A stretch of 58,734 nucleotides of DNA, filler included, from Squatina squatina (GCA_031763465.1; 4 parts of 4 records of this genome joined end to end with filler, not necessarily neighbours in it), one strand, 5' to 3'. Shown: positions 1-12,077, counted from the whole stretch's first letter. The notes: generated by a model from the sequence alone, not told the origin. Translations and numbers: made by a program.

Positions 1-245
1 AGTACTCTAAGTGAGGTCTAACCAAGGTTAAATACAAGTTAAGCAGAAATTCCCTATTTTTCAATTCTAACCCTCTAGAAATAAACCCTAGTGCTTGGTT
101 TGCTTTTTTTATGGCCTTGCTAACCAGTGTCAATACTTTCAGTGATTTGTGTATTTGTACTCCGAGAACCCCTTTGCTCCTCTATCCCATTTGCTTCTTA
201 TTTTCCAAGTATTATGTGACCTCCCTATTTTTCTTACCAACATTA
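1..245 (-). mobile_element. CR1-type LINE fragment (3' part of ORF2)
   Basis: Antisense CR1-like sequence (tgaggtctaaccaaggtt...tttatggccttgct), similar to the copy at 1870-3060. Boundaries approximate. Confidence 0.6.
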
Positions 246-286
246 TTCAACTAACATTATGTCGTTTTCTACATACAACACTATAC

Positions 287-385
287 CTGATCAGGCCTTC
301 CGTCGGTCAGGAGGTAGACAGCTTGAGTGCCAGCATCAGCAAGAGCAAGTCGTATAGCTCCCAATGTATTTGTGGAACCTCCAAC
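287..385 (-). CDS. VWA3B: VWA3B internal exon (VWA domain)
   Basis: Minus strand ctatacag|GTT...CAG|gtatag, 99 nt, phase 0/0. Translates VGGSTNTLGAIRLALADAGTQAVYLLTDGRPDQ, matching my recall of VWA3B (GSSTNTL..L..AFAD..TQAIYLLTDGRPDQ). Confidence 0.9.
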
Positions 386-750
386 CTGTATAGAAATATA
401 TTTTTGCTCAATCTGAACTTCTCAAAAATGAATCCAAATCTGGCAATATTGCAACTACATCGAACCCTCATTTTGATGAGACGCTGGCTCAGAGCTCTTT
501 CCACTCCACCGCCCTAACTTCACCGGCAGAGACACCAACTTTCCCGGGTCTCTGCCACACGTCCAGCAAAGTTACGTTAGTGGGGCGGGAAATTCCCAAC
601 CATTCCTTTATTAAAACCGTGTGTATACAGTAGTAAGTTATCTTCTCAGAGGGAAGCACCTAACCTCTGTTGAGCGCATCCCCAGATGCCAGTGCTGAGA
701 TTGAGAATTCACCCTGTTGGAAATTGCTAGTCTAGGGGTGTCCAGACATT

Positions 751-1423
751 GGCCCTGAAAGTGCGATCGGAGGCTTGCAGCGTGCGGTGGCCTCTGATGG
801 CAAAAATATTTGTGTACTTACATAAGGGTCCTCAATCCATGCGGCCTTGTGAGTTTGAGCACCCCCCAGTTAGAGATTCGGAGCGGGGCTCTGTAGATTC
901 CCGGGCATGTTCAGCGAAGTTGACTGGAGAGGTCACGTGGGAGGCCCCAAACAATCAGGTAGGTTTATCATTCATTGATATTTTGACAGTTCTCAGAGAT
1001 CTATCAAGAACTGTTAAAACGTCAACGAAAGATGAAAACCAACACAAAAGCATCCCAAAATATTTTTAAATCTATTCTAACTTTAAAATTTAATAGAAAG
1101 GATAGAAATAACACAAGCATCGTACCCTTACTGGGAACATTTTACAAGTAATGTCCCATAAATTTTTTGATTTAAGTTTTTTTAACAACTCTTATGCTGG
1201 TAATACCAAGCAGATACGGTCGGTTTTACCAGGCGTAAAAATGTTTAACAGATTTCCAGCACAAAATTTTCAAAAATCTCGCAAGCTTCAGCATTGGAAA
1301 TCTGTTTTCCTGCCTTAGTGTTAAACCCGCAAATGCTGGTTCTGCAAAGTTAAGCTGATCAGCCACAGAACCGGCCATTACGATGTCCCCCCGGGTACGT
1401 GGGAACATCACAATTTCAGGCCC
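751..1423. mobile_element. Non-autonomous PIF/Harbinger-type MITE
   Basis: Imperfect 17-bp terminal inverted repeats (ggccctgaaagtgcgat / atcacaatttcaggccc), with ATT on both flanks (748-750, 1424-1426) as a 3-bp TSD. No coding capacity. Confidence 0.75.
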
Positions 1424-1869
1424 ATTATTAACTTTTTTTTCCACAGTAAACATAACATTATTATAAAGTCTAGTTCATTAGTTCTCCAGTGTCAGGTGAT
1501 GAAGAGGGCTTGTAAATTGTTAGGAATCAAGCAAAATTTCCGCATCCCTTAACACCCCCAAAGCTCTGGAATGGTAGAGCGAATCAATAGAATCTTAAAG
1601 AATTCAATTGCGAAAGCTGCAGCAGAACTGTGTCAGCAACTACAGGGACTGAGGGGTCAGACAAAAACAACAGCAAGACCAGTGTCATAACCCTGCTGTT
1701 TCTCTCCCTCAACCAGGAGATGGGCTGATGGTTAAAGGGCTCCCAGTGATGGCTGGTTTTGCCCCAGGTGGACAAGACCTCATATGGTCCACGTGGGGCG
1801 GAGTCATTGGAAACATTGATCTCAGGTTCTCGACCCATCCAGCAAGCTGCGCAGTTTCTCTGAATTACT

Positions 1870-3060
1870 TTGTCTAAACACCTCATGATTTTGGACACAT
1901 CCATCAAATCTCCTCTCAAACTTCTCTGCTCTTTGGGAAAACAACCACAGCTTCTCTGGTCTCTCACATAACTGAAATCCCTGATCACTGGAATAATTCT
2001 CGTAAATCGTTTCGGCACCTTCTCTAAGGCTTTCCCATCATTCCTAAAGTGCAGTGCCCAAAATTGGACACAATACTCCAGTTAAGGCAGAACCAGGATT
2101 TCATAAATGTTCACCATAATTTCCTTGCTTTTTACTCTCTACCTCTATTTTTGAAGCCTAGGATCCCGTATGCTTTTTTTAAATCACGTTCTCAAACTGT
2201 CCTGTCACCTTCAATGATTTGTGTGCAGATACTGCCAGGTCTTTCTGTTCATGCACCCCTTTATAATTGTACAATTTAGTTTATATTTCCACTCCTCATT
2301 TGTGCAACAAAAATGTACCACTTCGCACTTTCCTGCGTTAAACCTCATCTGCCACGTATCTGCCCATTTCACCAGCCTGGCTATGTCTCCTTGAAGTCTA
2401 TCATTATCCTCCTTACTATTCGCTGTATTTCCAAGTTCGGCCTTACCTGTAAACTTTGAAATTGTGTCCTGTACACCCAAGTCTAAGTCATTAATATATA
2501 TCAAGACAAAACAGTGGGCCCATAACGACCCCTGGGGAACACCACTGATCACCTTCCTCCAGTCGCAGAACCAATTGTTCACCACTGTTCACCACTACGC
2601 ACTGTTTACTATCACTTAGCCAATTTCATATCCTTGCTGCCATTGTCTCCTTTAATTCCATGGGCCCCAACTTCGCTCACAAGCCTTTTATGTTGCAGCT
2701 TAACAACCACCTTTTGGAAGTTCATGTATGTCATATCAACAGCATTTCCCTCATCAACAGTGTCTGCTTCCTCACCAAAAAACTGGATCATATCAGTTAA
2801 ACACAATTTGCCTTTAACTCATCCTTGCTGGCTTTCCTTAATTATGCACAGTTGTCCAGGTGGACTGTTATCGTTGTCCTGGAATATTGTTTCTAATTGC
2901 TTCCCCAATACTGCACTTAAAGTGACTGGCCTGTAGTTGCTGGGTTTATCCGTGCACCCCAGAACAAGGTTGTAATATTTGCTATTCTCCTTTTCTCTGG
3001 CACCAGCTCCATATCCAAGCAGGATTGGAAGATAATGGCCAGTACCTCAGCAATTTTCAC
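1870..3060 (-). mobile_element. CR1 LINE, decayed reverse transcriptase region
   Basis: ORF pieces SGVPQGS..LIYINDLDLG..WADTWQMRFNAGKCEVVHF and DEGNAVD..Y.NFQK, with frameshifts. Confidence 0.9.
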
Positions 3061-3530
3061 TAGTTACATCCTCAATAAAATTCAGTAGATTTGTCAAGCA
3101 TGATTTCCCTTTTTGTAAAGCCATGCTGACTTTGATCGATCCTGTCACTGTTTTCCAAATGCTCTACAATTACATCTTTAATAAACGACTCTAGCATTTT
3201 CCCCACTACCAATGTCAGGCTAACCAGTTTATAATTCCCTGTTTTCTCTGTCCCTCTTTTTTCAAATAGTGGGGTTACATTAGCTACCCTCCAATCTGTA
3301 GGAACTGATCCAGATTCTCTTGAATGTTGGAAAATGACCACCAATGCATCCACTATTTCCAGGGCTACTTCGTTAAGTACTGTGGGATGCAGAATATCGG
3401 GCCCTGGGGATTTATCCGCCTTTATTCCCATCAATTTCCCCAACACCATTTCCCGACTAATACTGAATTCCTTCAGTTCCTCCATCTCACTACACTCTAG
3501 GTTCCCGAACATTTCTGGTAGGTTATTTGA
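3061..3530 (-). mobile_element. CR1 LINE fragment (second copy, start of RT)
   Basis: KSPGPDILHPTVL...DWRVANVTPLFEK..NYKLVSLT..QHGF; close relative of 5440-6654. Confidence 0.9.
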
Positions 3531-3899
3531 AAGGTGGTGCCTCGGTTTAACGTCTCATCAGCAAGCCGGTAGCCCCGATTGCCAGGGAGATCAGCATGCT
3601 TTAAATTGTGATGTCAGTGAGTGCACAATGTTAGATGCCCGCTCTCTGAACTTCGTATCAGCCAAGATACTTACCGGCTGGAGCAAGCAGCATTAGCTTC
3701 AGCGAGCGTGCAGCAGCGGGAAGCCAGCTGAAGTGATGCTCTTTAAAGGGACCCTCACCAATCGCTCGGACCTGTCAGGTTTTTGCAGTTTGAGTGGATG
3801 TGTGCTACTGTCTTGTACCGGAAGATAATGTTTTAGGTCATTTCAAGGATCTTTGGTGTCAGGGTGTGTTCTGGCAAGCACAAAACTCCCTCATTATTT

Positions 3900-4660
3900 T
3901 TGAAAGGCTTAATTTTACTCACTCACTCACTGAATGTGCAGTTGGCGTGTGACCACACACAGCGAATCCTCAATGTCAATGCCCATTATCCTGGCAGCAG
4001 CCACCATTCCATCTTAACAAAAATTGCTGGAAAAACTCAGCAGGTCAGGCAGCATCTGAGGAGAGAAAAAAACAGAGTCAACATTTCGAGTCCGCAGTAT
4101 TTCGCTTTTGTATCACCATTCCATCTTCCTGTGCCAGACTGGTGTGCTGGAAGCCTTCCACCCACCACATCATGCTCAGGGATGATTGCGCGGAGACAAG
4201 GGCTATTTGCTCTCCACCTGGCATATGACTCCCATCCGCAATTCCTAATCTCAGCACTAGTTTACATGAGAGCCATGCTTCCACCAGGGATATCATCGAG
4301 CAGACCATCGGCCCATTGAAGCAAAGGTTCCGGTGCCTTGACCACTCGGGAGGAGCACTGCAGTACTCGCCACAACAGGTGGCCCATTCGGTGGTTGTCT
4401 ACTGCATGTTCCACAACTTAGCCATCATGAGGGCGCACATGGTGCCAGCAAGGATTCTGGAACCACCTTAGATGCAGGATGAGGCAGAGGAGGATAAGGA
4501 AGAGGAGGCGGATGACGGCGAAGCGGATGAGGATGAGGAGTACAAGGAGTAGGACAAGGAAGAAGAGAGACAGGAGGGAGCGAGGAGGCAGTGAGACAAT
4601 TGGTCGTCCGAACCGGCTGTCCATTACAAGCTGATCAGAGTGCGATTCGAAAAAATGATT
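3900..4660 (+). pseudogene. Decayed PIF/Harbinger (HARBI1-like DDE) transposase
   Basis: HSLNVQLACDHTQRILNVNAHYPGSSH, GDKGY (~4194-4206), IIEQTIGPLKQRFRCLDHSGGALQYSP..CMFHNLAI, then an acidic tail. Interrupted by an insert at 4016-4113. Confidence 0.85.
4016..4113. mobile_element. Short Penelope-derived insert with 14-bp target-site duplication
   Basis: caccattccatctt occurs at 4002-4015 and 4114-4127. The insert matches the repeat at 52735-52848 in reverse orientation (4016-4092), then switches to forward orientation (cgcagtatttcgcttttg). Confidence 0.8.
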
Positions 4661-5439
4661 TCCCAGATCCACATTGCCCACCATACCATCCCTGTCACAT
4701 GCCGCATACAGCATACTCATGTGTGCAAAGGTGAAATGAGAGAGACCACAACATTTTACAAACACCACTAATATATTTATCTATAGACATATCACATATA
4801 TCACATGAATCCTTATAACTAACGACCATTGTGCCTGCCATGGTTTAATAGCTATCTTTGTCTGCAAGGTGTAAGCGGTGGGTGTGACTGTTGCCTGGTC
4901 AGATATTTGGTGGGTGAGTGTTGCGGGAGTGATAAATTGAGTACTTTTTGAAGCTTATGGCGCAGATGGAGGTATGGTGCATTTGTTGAAGTTTTAGCTC
5001 ACCCTAACCATCCACGTGAGCTCGCTGAAGTTCCTTCTGCACTGGGTGTAGGACATGGGGACCACAGTGCTACTCGGGCCGTGGTGTGCCACCTCACTGT
5101 AGATAGTTCGGCGGAATGGTGATGTGGGTCTCCCGCCAGTGTCACAGGACTGCCGGCCTTTACTCTATCCCCACAACAATTGCCTCCAAAGCTTCCTTGG
5201 AAAACCTCCCTGCTCTCCCCCTGGTGTGTTGTTCTGCCTTCTGAATTCTCCCTGTCCTCCTTCTTATGATTGTTGAGGCAGCTGCACACCCAACAATTCT
5301 GAGAATGAGGTGCTGCGACATCCATGAATCTTCCCTTTAAGTAGGAAAGAAAAGCTTTGGCAATCATTACTTGCATTTAGAGTGCCCTCAATATTGGTCC
5401 CTCTTTTCAGTGTCACACCAATGAACTTGAGCATTTAGA

Positions 5440-6654
5440 CTGGAGACTAGTGTGTACGAGATGATTTTTTAGAGCAATATGTTGAGGGACCAACTAGGGA
5501 ACAGGCTATCTTAGACTTGGTATTATGCAATGAGATTATTGTATGGTGTCCTCTCGGAAAGAGTGACCGTAACATGACAGAAATCGTCATTAAGATGGAA
5601 AGTGACTTAGTTGAATCCGAAAATATTGTCCTACATCTCAATAAAAGAAACTATGAAGGTATGAGGGGCGAGTTGGCAGCGATAGAATGGGGAACTTTAC
5701 TAAAAGGGTTGTCGCTAGATAGATAATGGCAAATACTTAAAGAACCAATGCATGAATTGCAACAACTGTACATTCCTGCCTGGCGCTAAAACAAAACAGG
5801 AAAGCTGGGTCAAACATGGCTTACAAAATAAATCAAGGATAATATTAAATCTAAAGAGGAGTCCAATCAAATTGTCAGAAAAAGTTGCAAGCCTGAGGAT
5901 TGGGAGCAGTTTAGAATTCAAAAAGGAGGAAAAGGCGATTGATTAAGAGGGAGAAAATGGATTATGAGAGTAAATTTGCTAGGAACATTAAAAATAGATT
6001 GTAAAAGCTTCTGCAAATAATTAAACAGAAAAAGATTAGTGAAGACAAATGTAGGTCGCTTGCAGTCAGAAATGAATGGATTATAATGGGGAACACAGGA
6101 ATGGCAGAGCAATTAAAAACATATTCTGAATCTGTCTTCACAAAAGAGGGCATAAATAACCTCCCAGAAATGTTAGGGAACCAAGGGTCTAATGAGAGGG
6201 AGGAACTGAAGGAAATCAATATTAGCAGAAAAATAATGCTGGGGAAATTAATAGGACTAAAAGCCAACAAATCCGCAGGGCCTGATAATCTACATCCCAG
6301 AGTACTAAAGGAGGTGGCCGTGGAAATGGTGGATGCATTGGTGGTCATCTTCCAGAATTCTATAGATTCTGGAACAGTTCCTGCAGATTGGAGGGTGGCG
6401 AATATAACCCCACTATTGAAAAAAGGAGGGAGAAAGAAAACGGAATTACAGACCGGTTAGCCTAATATCAGTAGTGGGGAAAATGCTAGAGTCTATCATA
6501 AAAGAGGTGATAACAGAGCACTTGGAAAGCATCAACGGGATTGGACATAGTCAGCATGGATTTATGAAAGGGAAATCATGCTTGACAAACCTACTGGAGT
6601 TTTTTGAGGATGTAACTAGTAGAATAGATAAGGGAGAACCAGTGGATGTGGTGT
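5440..6654 (+). mobile_element. CR1 LINE ORF2 (end of endonuclease to start of RT), frameshifted, cut by a gap
   Basis: PLGKSDRNM, KSAGPDNLHPRVLKEVA..DWRVANITPL, QHGFMKGKSCLTNLLEFFEDVTSRIDKGEPVDVV. Confidence 0.92.
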
Positions 6655-7074
6655 NNNNNNNNNNNNNNNNNNNNNNNNNNNNNNNNNNNNNNNNNNNNNN
6701 NNNNNNNNNNNNNNNNNNNNNNNNNNNNNNNNNNNNNNNNNNNNNNNNNNNNNNNNNNNNNNNNNNNNNNNNNNNNNNNNNNNNNNNNNNNNNNNNNNNN
6801 NNNNNNNNNNNNNNNNNNNNNNNNNNNNNNNNNNNNNNNNNNNNNNNNNNNNNNNNNNNNNNNNNNNNNNNNNNNNNNNNNNNNNNNNNNNNNNNNNNNN
6901 NNNNNNNNNNNNNNNNNNNNNNNNNNNNNNNNNNNNNNNNNNNNNNNNNNNNNNNNNNNNNNNNNNNNNNNNNNNNNNNNNNNNNNNNNNNNNNNCTGTA
7001 TATTCTTGAGTTAGTTGATTTCAGCCAGGCCTACAATTACCCCGCACCTCAGGCTAGGCATAGGGGAAAATAAT

Positions 7075-7197
7075 AAGAACATCAGCAATAGGAGCAGAGG
7101 CCCCTCGAGCCTGCTCCGCCATTCAATAAGATCACGGCTGATCTTCTACCTCAACTCCACTTTCCTGCACTATCCCCATATCCCTCGATTGCCTTGG
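7075..7197 (-). mobile_element. CR1 / CR1-dependent SINE 3' tail
   Basis: Reverse-complement similarity to the CR1 3' end at ~47540-47668 (cccctcgagcctgctccgccattcaataagatcacggctgatc). Confidence 0.7.
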
Positions 7198-7199
7198 TA

Positions 7200-7390
7200 G
7201 GTTTCTGCTCCTGATCGCTATCCAGCAACACCTGCTGGAACGTTAGCGTGCATGAAGTTCTGCTGAGGGTAGGATCAGGCAAATAATCTGCCAACATCCA
7301 TCATGTAGGCACATATGACAAATGGCCAAGTAGTTGGCAATGTGGAACTACAGATCAGCAGAAGCCAGTGCGTGAGAGGAGGGGAGAAAA
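7200..7390 (+). repeat. Old dispersed SINE-like repeat, family not named
   Basis: ctgctcctgatcgctatccagc...cacatatgacaaatggcca is similar in reverse to 33270-33535. Confidence 0.45.
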
Positions 7391-8484
7391 TTAGACTTCA
7401 AAATTAAACGTATTTATCTTCCTGTTACAAAAACATGAGAGAACACTGCACTTGGGCAACACCCTGGTGAGTGATTTTAGTACACTAACTGCAAAGTGTG
7501 CTTTCTGAGGCTACTTTATTAATCCTGTGCTTAATTCTGATACTGATGGACGACCATCTGCGTAACCACACAGAACATCAAATAACCAGCACATTGTCAG
7601 ACAGATCCTACACCTTGCACAGTTCAAAGCTAATTGTGTGATCCCAAGGCAGTTACTGCCTGCACATCATTCAATAAAAAATTAATAATAAAGCATAAAT
7701 TCAATGTTATCATCTACAGTATTAGCAAAGCAACAATTGGAAAAATGTTTCATTTATGAGGGAATAAGCATTTTTCATCATTGTACAACTTCAAACTAAT
7801 ATCTGTGTACTTTATTTATGGCACTGTGGGCTCTATGTTAATCCTCAGTTGCTAAGTAATGGCTGTCATTTGCTGAATAATGCATCTCCAATGCAATCAA
7901 GAATAAGTACAGTCAATTATCTGTGAATGAATTATGAAAATATCACAGAATTTAAATTTCCAAAACAACCTTATCAATCCAAAGAGCAAAAGATATCTGG
8001 ATGGGGTATGAGATAGTGGTCAAATTCAATCAGCACTGTTGCAAACAAAACACAACCGTGAAGAATCAGAATTTAACAGCTCTCTCCATGTAGCCCTTGA
8101 ACAAATGTTAAAATCTGAATTCAAGTCACCTGTCATAGCTTGTGATGCAAAATGACCTACACTATTTAACTGGCAGCATGAACAGGGAATCAGAAACAGG
8201 TCATTAGAGAGAGATGAAGGCAAAATAGCAAATCAACTCAGGCTACTGTCTCACTGCCTCTCAGTGGGAGTTGGTTCAAGAGTGGCACTTGCAGAGTCAG
8301 GGCAAGATGGAGGGAAATAGCCAGCTCAGAGAGACATCAACAGAGGTTTGGGAATAGAACATCCACCCATCCNNNNNNNNNNNNNNNNNNNNNNNNNNNN
8401 NNNNNNNNNNNNNNNNNNNNNNNNNNNNNNNNNNNNNNNNNNNNNNNNNNNNNNNNNNNNNNNNNNNNNNNNGGCGAGGATGGC

Positions 8485-8675
8485 TGACAGACAGCCCCAT
8501 TGAAATTTCAAAGGCTGTGCCCAACTGGGAACCTGTGAGGAGTTTGGCTGATTGCCAAAGAAAAATTTCAAAGATTTTTCCCCACTGGGAACCTGTGAGC
8601 AAAGCTTGGCTAACAGCCCAGTAAAAATGTGAAAGACTGCTTCTGACAGGGAACCTTATGGTAAGGCCGGTTAAA
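8485..8675 (+). repeat. Degenerate tandem repeat, ~60-bp unit x3
   Basis: aaatttcaaag...ctgggaacctgtgag...ttggct recurs three times. Confidence 0.65.
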
Positions 8676-9266
8676 TATTACTTATGCCTTTCCTGGCTGA
8701 TGGCCAGAAATCTAAAGGCCAACGATAAAATTACAACCACTGTTCCCAGCGCATGGAGTTGGAGGAAGGAGCAATGGAACTTAGAGGACCAGGGCTCATG
8801 TGAAAAGTGTCAGATAATCCGAAGTAAGCATCAGTAATATGCTTAAAAAAACGTTGAAAGTAACATGACAGAGGCACGACAGAAATGAGGCAAGTAGACA
8901 TGACAGAAATTCATGGTCGTCCGAAATGGATCAGTGCATGTTATACAAAAACCTTTTATTAAAAATAGATAGAAACATTCTTGTTAAATAAATGAGACCT
9001 TTCAGGATATTAATTAATGTTAATTACTGATTGTTGAGGTTCTTATTTTACCCACTTTGCTGCATTTCTGTAATCCCTGCTTCTTTTTTTTTGCCTTGCC
9101 TATACTTTACACAACACTTGCAGTTAACCTAAAACATTACTGTTCCATGCATCGGGTCCTAGATATGTCACAGTTGTGTGCATTATATCCAATTCCAAAA
9201 CTGCCACACCACCACTTAATTCAAACTACACCTTCGTCCAACAACTGACCTAGGTTTCAAACTTAC

Positions 9267-9421
9267 CTCCTTTGTATCTGGTCCAGAGCCATCTTCATTC
9301 TCTGCTGGTATTTCTTGCACTTCTCACCAGTGATGTAAACGTGCATTACAGAACCATCTTTCCACTGAGTGTGTGCAAATCGGTCACAGTATTTGGCATT
9401 CACCAGTTTAATTCTAGTTTC
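9267..9421 (-). CDS. VWA3B: VWA3B internal exon
   Basis: Minus strand ttgtaacag|GAA...AG|gtaagt, 155 nt, phase 0/2. ETRIKLVNAKYCDRFAHTQWKDGSVMHVYITGEKCKKYQQRMKMALDQIQR(R) matches my recall of VWA3B (HAKYC.RF.H..WKDGS.VHV.IT.EKCK.Y..R...AL..I.RR). Confidence 0.9.
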
Positions 9422-9532
9422 CTGTTACAATGGAAGTTTTAAAATAAATCTACAATCAAGACAATATTAGTAGATTAAAGACATAATCCCAGTAGTGACG
9501 TGATGGTCCTTCATTAAAGATAGAAAGAAAGA

Positions 9533-9607
9533 CTTAGAATCATAGAATCATAGAATGGTTACAGTCCAGGAGGAGGCCATTCAGCCCGTGCCGGCTCTCT
9601 GCAAGAG
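9533..9607 (-). mobile_element. CR1 3' terminus
   Basis: tagaatcatagaatcatagaat is the reverse of the CR1 (ATTCTATG)n tail. Confidence 0.75.
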
Positions 9608-9707
9608 NNNNNNNNNNNNNNNNNNNNNNNNNNNNNNNNNNNNNNNNNNNNNNNNNNNNNNNNNNNNNNNNNNNNNNNNNNNNNNNNNNNNNNNNNNNNN
9701 NNNNNNN

Positions 9708-10610
9708 TTCAGTGAGGACCAATGCTTGAGACGTCTTTGTTTCACAAGAGAGGTCGTGATTCACATCTCCCAACTGCTGCAACCACAACTGCAACCTCAA
9801 AGCAGGGCAAGGCCTGTGACTGCCAACGTGACTGTGGGTCTTAATTTTTATGCGCCTGGCCCCTTCCAGGCTGTTGCATGAGAAACAGATTAACCTCATT
9901 CCCTCTTGCCAGAGACAAGCGAGCACGAGGGTTTGCAAGGATTGCAGGCTTCCCCAGGGTGCAGGGTGCCATTGACTGCACGCACATTTCGCTGTGCTTG
10001 CCTCATGTGAACTCTGCCATTTTCCTGAACAGGAAGGATTGCCCTCCCTCAATGCGCAGGTGGCGTGCGACCACAGGCAGCGCCTCATGCAGGTGAATGT
10101 CCGTTATCCTGGCAGCGGTCACGATCCCTTCATTCTGCGGCAGTCCTCTGTGCCGCCTGTATTTGACCCACCACAGCAAGTCAAAGGCTGGGCTACTGGG
10201 CGACGAAGGGTTATCCACTCATGACATGGATCAAGACTCTGGTCCGGAACCCACGCACACTATACAGCAGGCCTACAATGAGAGCCATGCTGTCACAAGG
10301 AACGTCACAGAGCACACCCTCGGCATCCTGAAGCAAGGCTTCCGCTGCCTGGGGGAGCCCTGCATTACTCAGCTGAGCTGGAAATTTGTGGTACATGCTG
10401 TTGCAGAACCTCACCATTATGAGGGGACAGCCCTTGCCACCACCTATCAAACAAGAAGCTGAGGAGCAGGAAGAGTAAGATATGGAAGTGGAGGAGGAGG
10501 AAGTGCAACAGGAAGTGGAAGAACACGAAGAGGAAGGGAGGATCCAAAGCAGACAGATCCTTTCCTTTCTGCCCGGGCTGTATGTGGTGAAATAATTAAC
10601 GAGTGATATA
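9708..10610 (+). pseudogene. PIF/Harbinger transposase (HARBI1-like DDE), frameshifted with an internal deletion
   Basis: FSEDQCLRRLCFTREVVIHISQLL, GFARIAGFPRVQGAIDCTHI, SLNAQVACDHRQRLMQVNVRYPGSGHDPFILRQS, LLGDEG, YNESHAVTRNVTEHTLGILKQGFRCL and an acidic tail, spread over different frames. Confidence 0.92.
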
Positions 10611-10756
10611 ACTCAACCTTAACCACACCTCCCCGTTCACCGACAGTCCAACACTCCTTACCTTTCCTCTATCGCTGACCACCACATCATCCTCTGTCTG
10701 ACAACACACAAATTAAAAAAAACAGAAAATGCACATTCCAATCCAATTTTATAAAT

Positions 10757-12077
10757 TCACTTCTTACGTAAGGCATACAAAAATAAACTAATCACCGTTC
10801 TGCATTCTCTTAGTGCCTGCCTTCCGTGTGCCTTTGCCTGTCCCAGTGCTCCTGTGAGGTGCTTCCTCAGTAGCTGCAGCATTGGTGGTGGAAGGCTGCT
10901 GACCTCCAATTGAGGAGACTGTAAAAGGCTTTGGAGGGCGACCTCGAGCACCTCGGGGCTTAGAGGGACCGGCTTCAGACTGCACCATCTCGGCCTGGAC
11001 GGCAGCAGTCTGGGCCGGCTGACCGACAACAGCAAGGGCGCTGGCGGAGTGGCAGGGGTGGGGACAGGAGTGCTGTCATCCTGAGAGAGGACAGCAGGTT
11101 CATGTTCCAAGGAACCACTGCCACACTCCCGGGGCAGCGTCTCAGCAATCCTCGTGATCTGTTGGAGAACAGATTGATGGACGGCTGTGACCTGCTGGAA
11201 GCCCCTTTGCCCAGTGGTGTCCAGAGCCATGGTGACAGCAGTCTGAGCTTCCACGACAGCACTCAGACCTTTGGTGGAAGCTGTTTGTGCTGCAATGGAA
11301 GCTGATACATTGGCCATCAGACGCTGCATCATGGTGGGTTCCACAGGTGTGCCGATGGAGGTGACCACCCGTTCCATGTTGGGAAGGATGGGCTCCAAGC
11401 TCTGCACAAAGCCCCGTGCCAAGTTGGTGCTGGACTCCACCATGCTCATTGACATTGAACTCAGGCTTTCCAGTGCACCAAGCATTTGGTTATATATACC
11501 CATCAGCCGCCTTCTGTAGCCTCGCCCATCGAAGTCTTCATCTGAGTCCTCTGCAGCAGAACTAGTGAGTGACCTCGCCCTCTGGAGAGCTGGCACCTGT
11601 GCTATCCTTTCCCCCCACTCTGGTTCCTGCCCACTTGTGCCCAATATCTCATCACGTGCAGATCCCTCCTCAGTCTTAGCATCTAAAATACATGCATCGT
11701 CAGTCTCTGAGTTGGTGGCTGCGAGTGTAAGATCGAGCAACGGTGTTTCTCCATCTTCACTGTTTTTTTTCACTGATTCTTGTGTACTTGAAGTGAAAAG
11801 GGACATGGGTTGGGTTGTGGTGAGGGGAGAGGAGAAAGTAAGGACTGCATGCTTACACCATCTGGCAGCTTGAGTCAGATGAGATTGTGCGATGAGAGAA
11901 GAAGGGTTAGGTATCCCGAGACCCTCATCATTGATCCCTCCAACCCCACCAATGGCCACCACCTCAGCGATGCTCCTTCACATGATGGCCAGCACTGTCT
12001 TCTCCATGGGGTTAAACATGCAGGCATGCTTGTCCTCCTCCAGTTTGTTTATGCTGCCTCCTGTTATGTGCCACCTT
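10757..12077 (-). mobile_element. Harbinger partner gene (Myb/SANT-like DNA-binding protein), 3' exons, convergent with the transposase
   Basis: Acceptor ctttcttgcag, then KVAHNRRQHKQTGGGQ / PMEKTVLAIM (typical post-Myb segment, with a frameshift and a stop), then a 401-aa ORF (10757-11962). Tail-to-tail layout typical of Harbinger. Confidence 0.75.

Noticed and set aside
307-504. Listed 65-aa minus-strand ORF
   Set aside because: Wrong frame; the real exon (287-385) is in another frame.
4999-5376. 125-aa minus-strand ORF as a host gene
   Set aside because: No recognisable domain; its position fits a decayed Harbinger partner remnant, but this cannot be supported.
8026-8223. ORF with DFNICSRATWRELL as a missing VWA3B exon
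   Set aside because: Similarity is too weak and there are no consistent exon boundaries.
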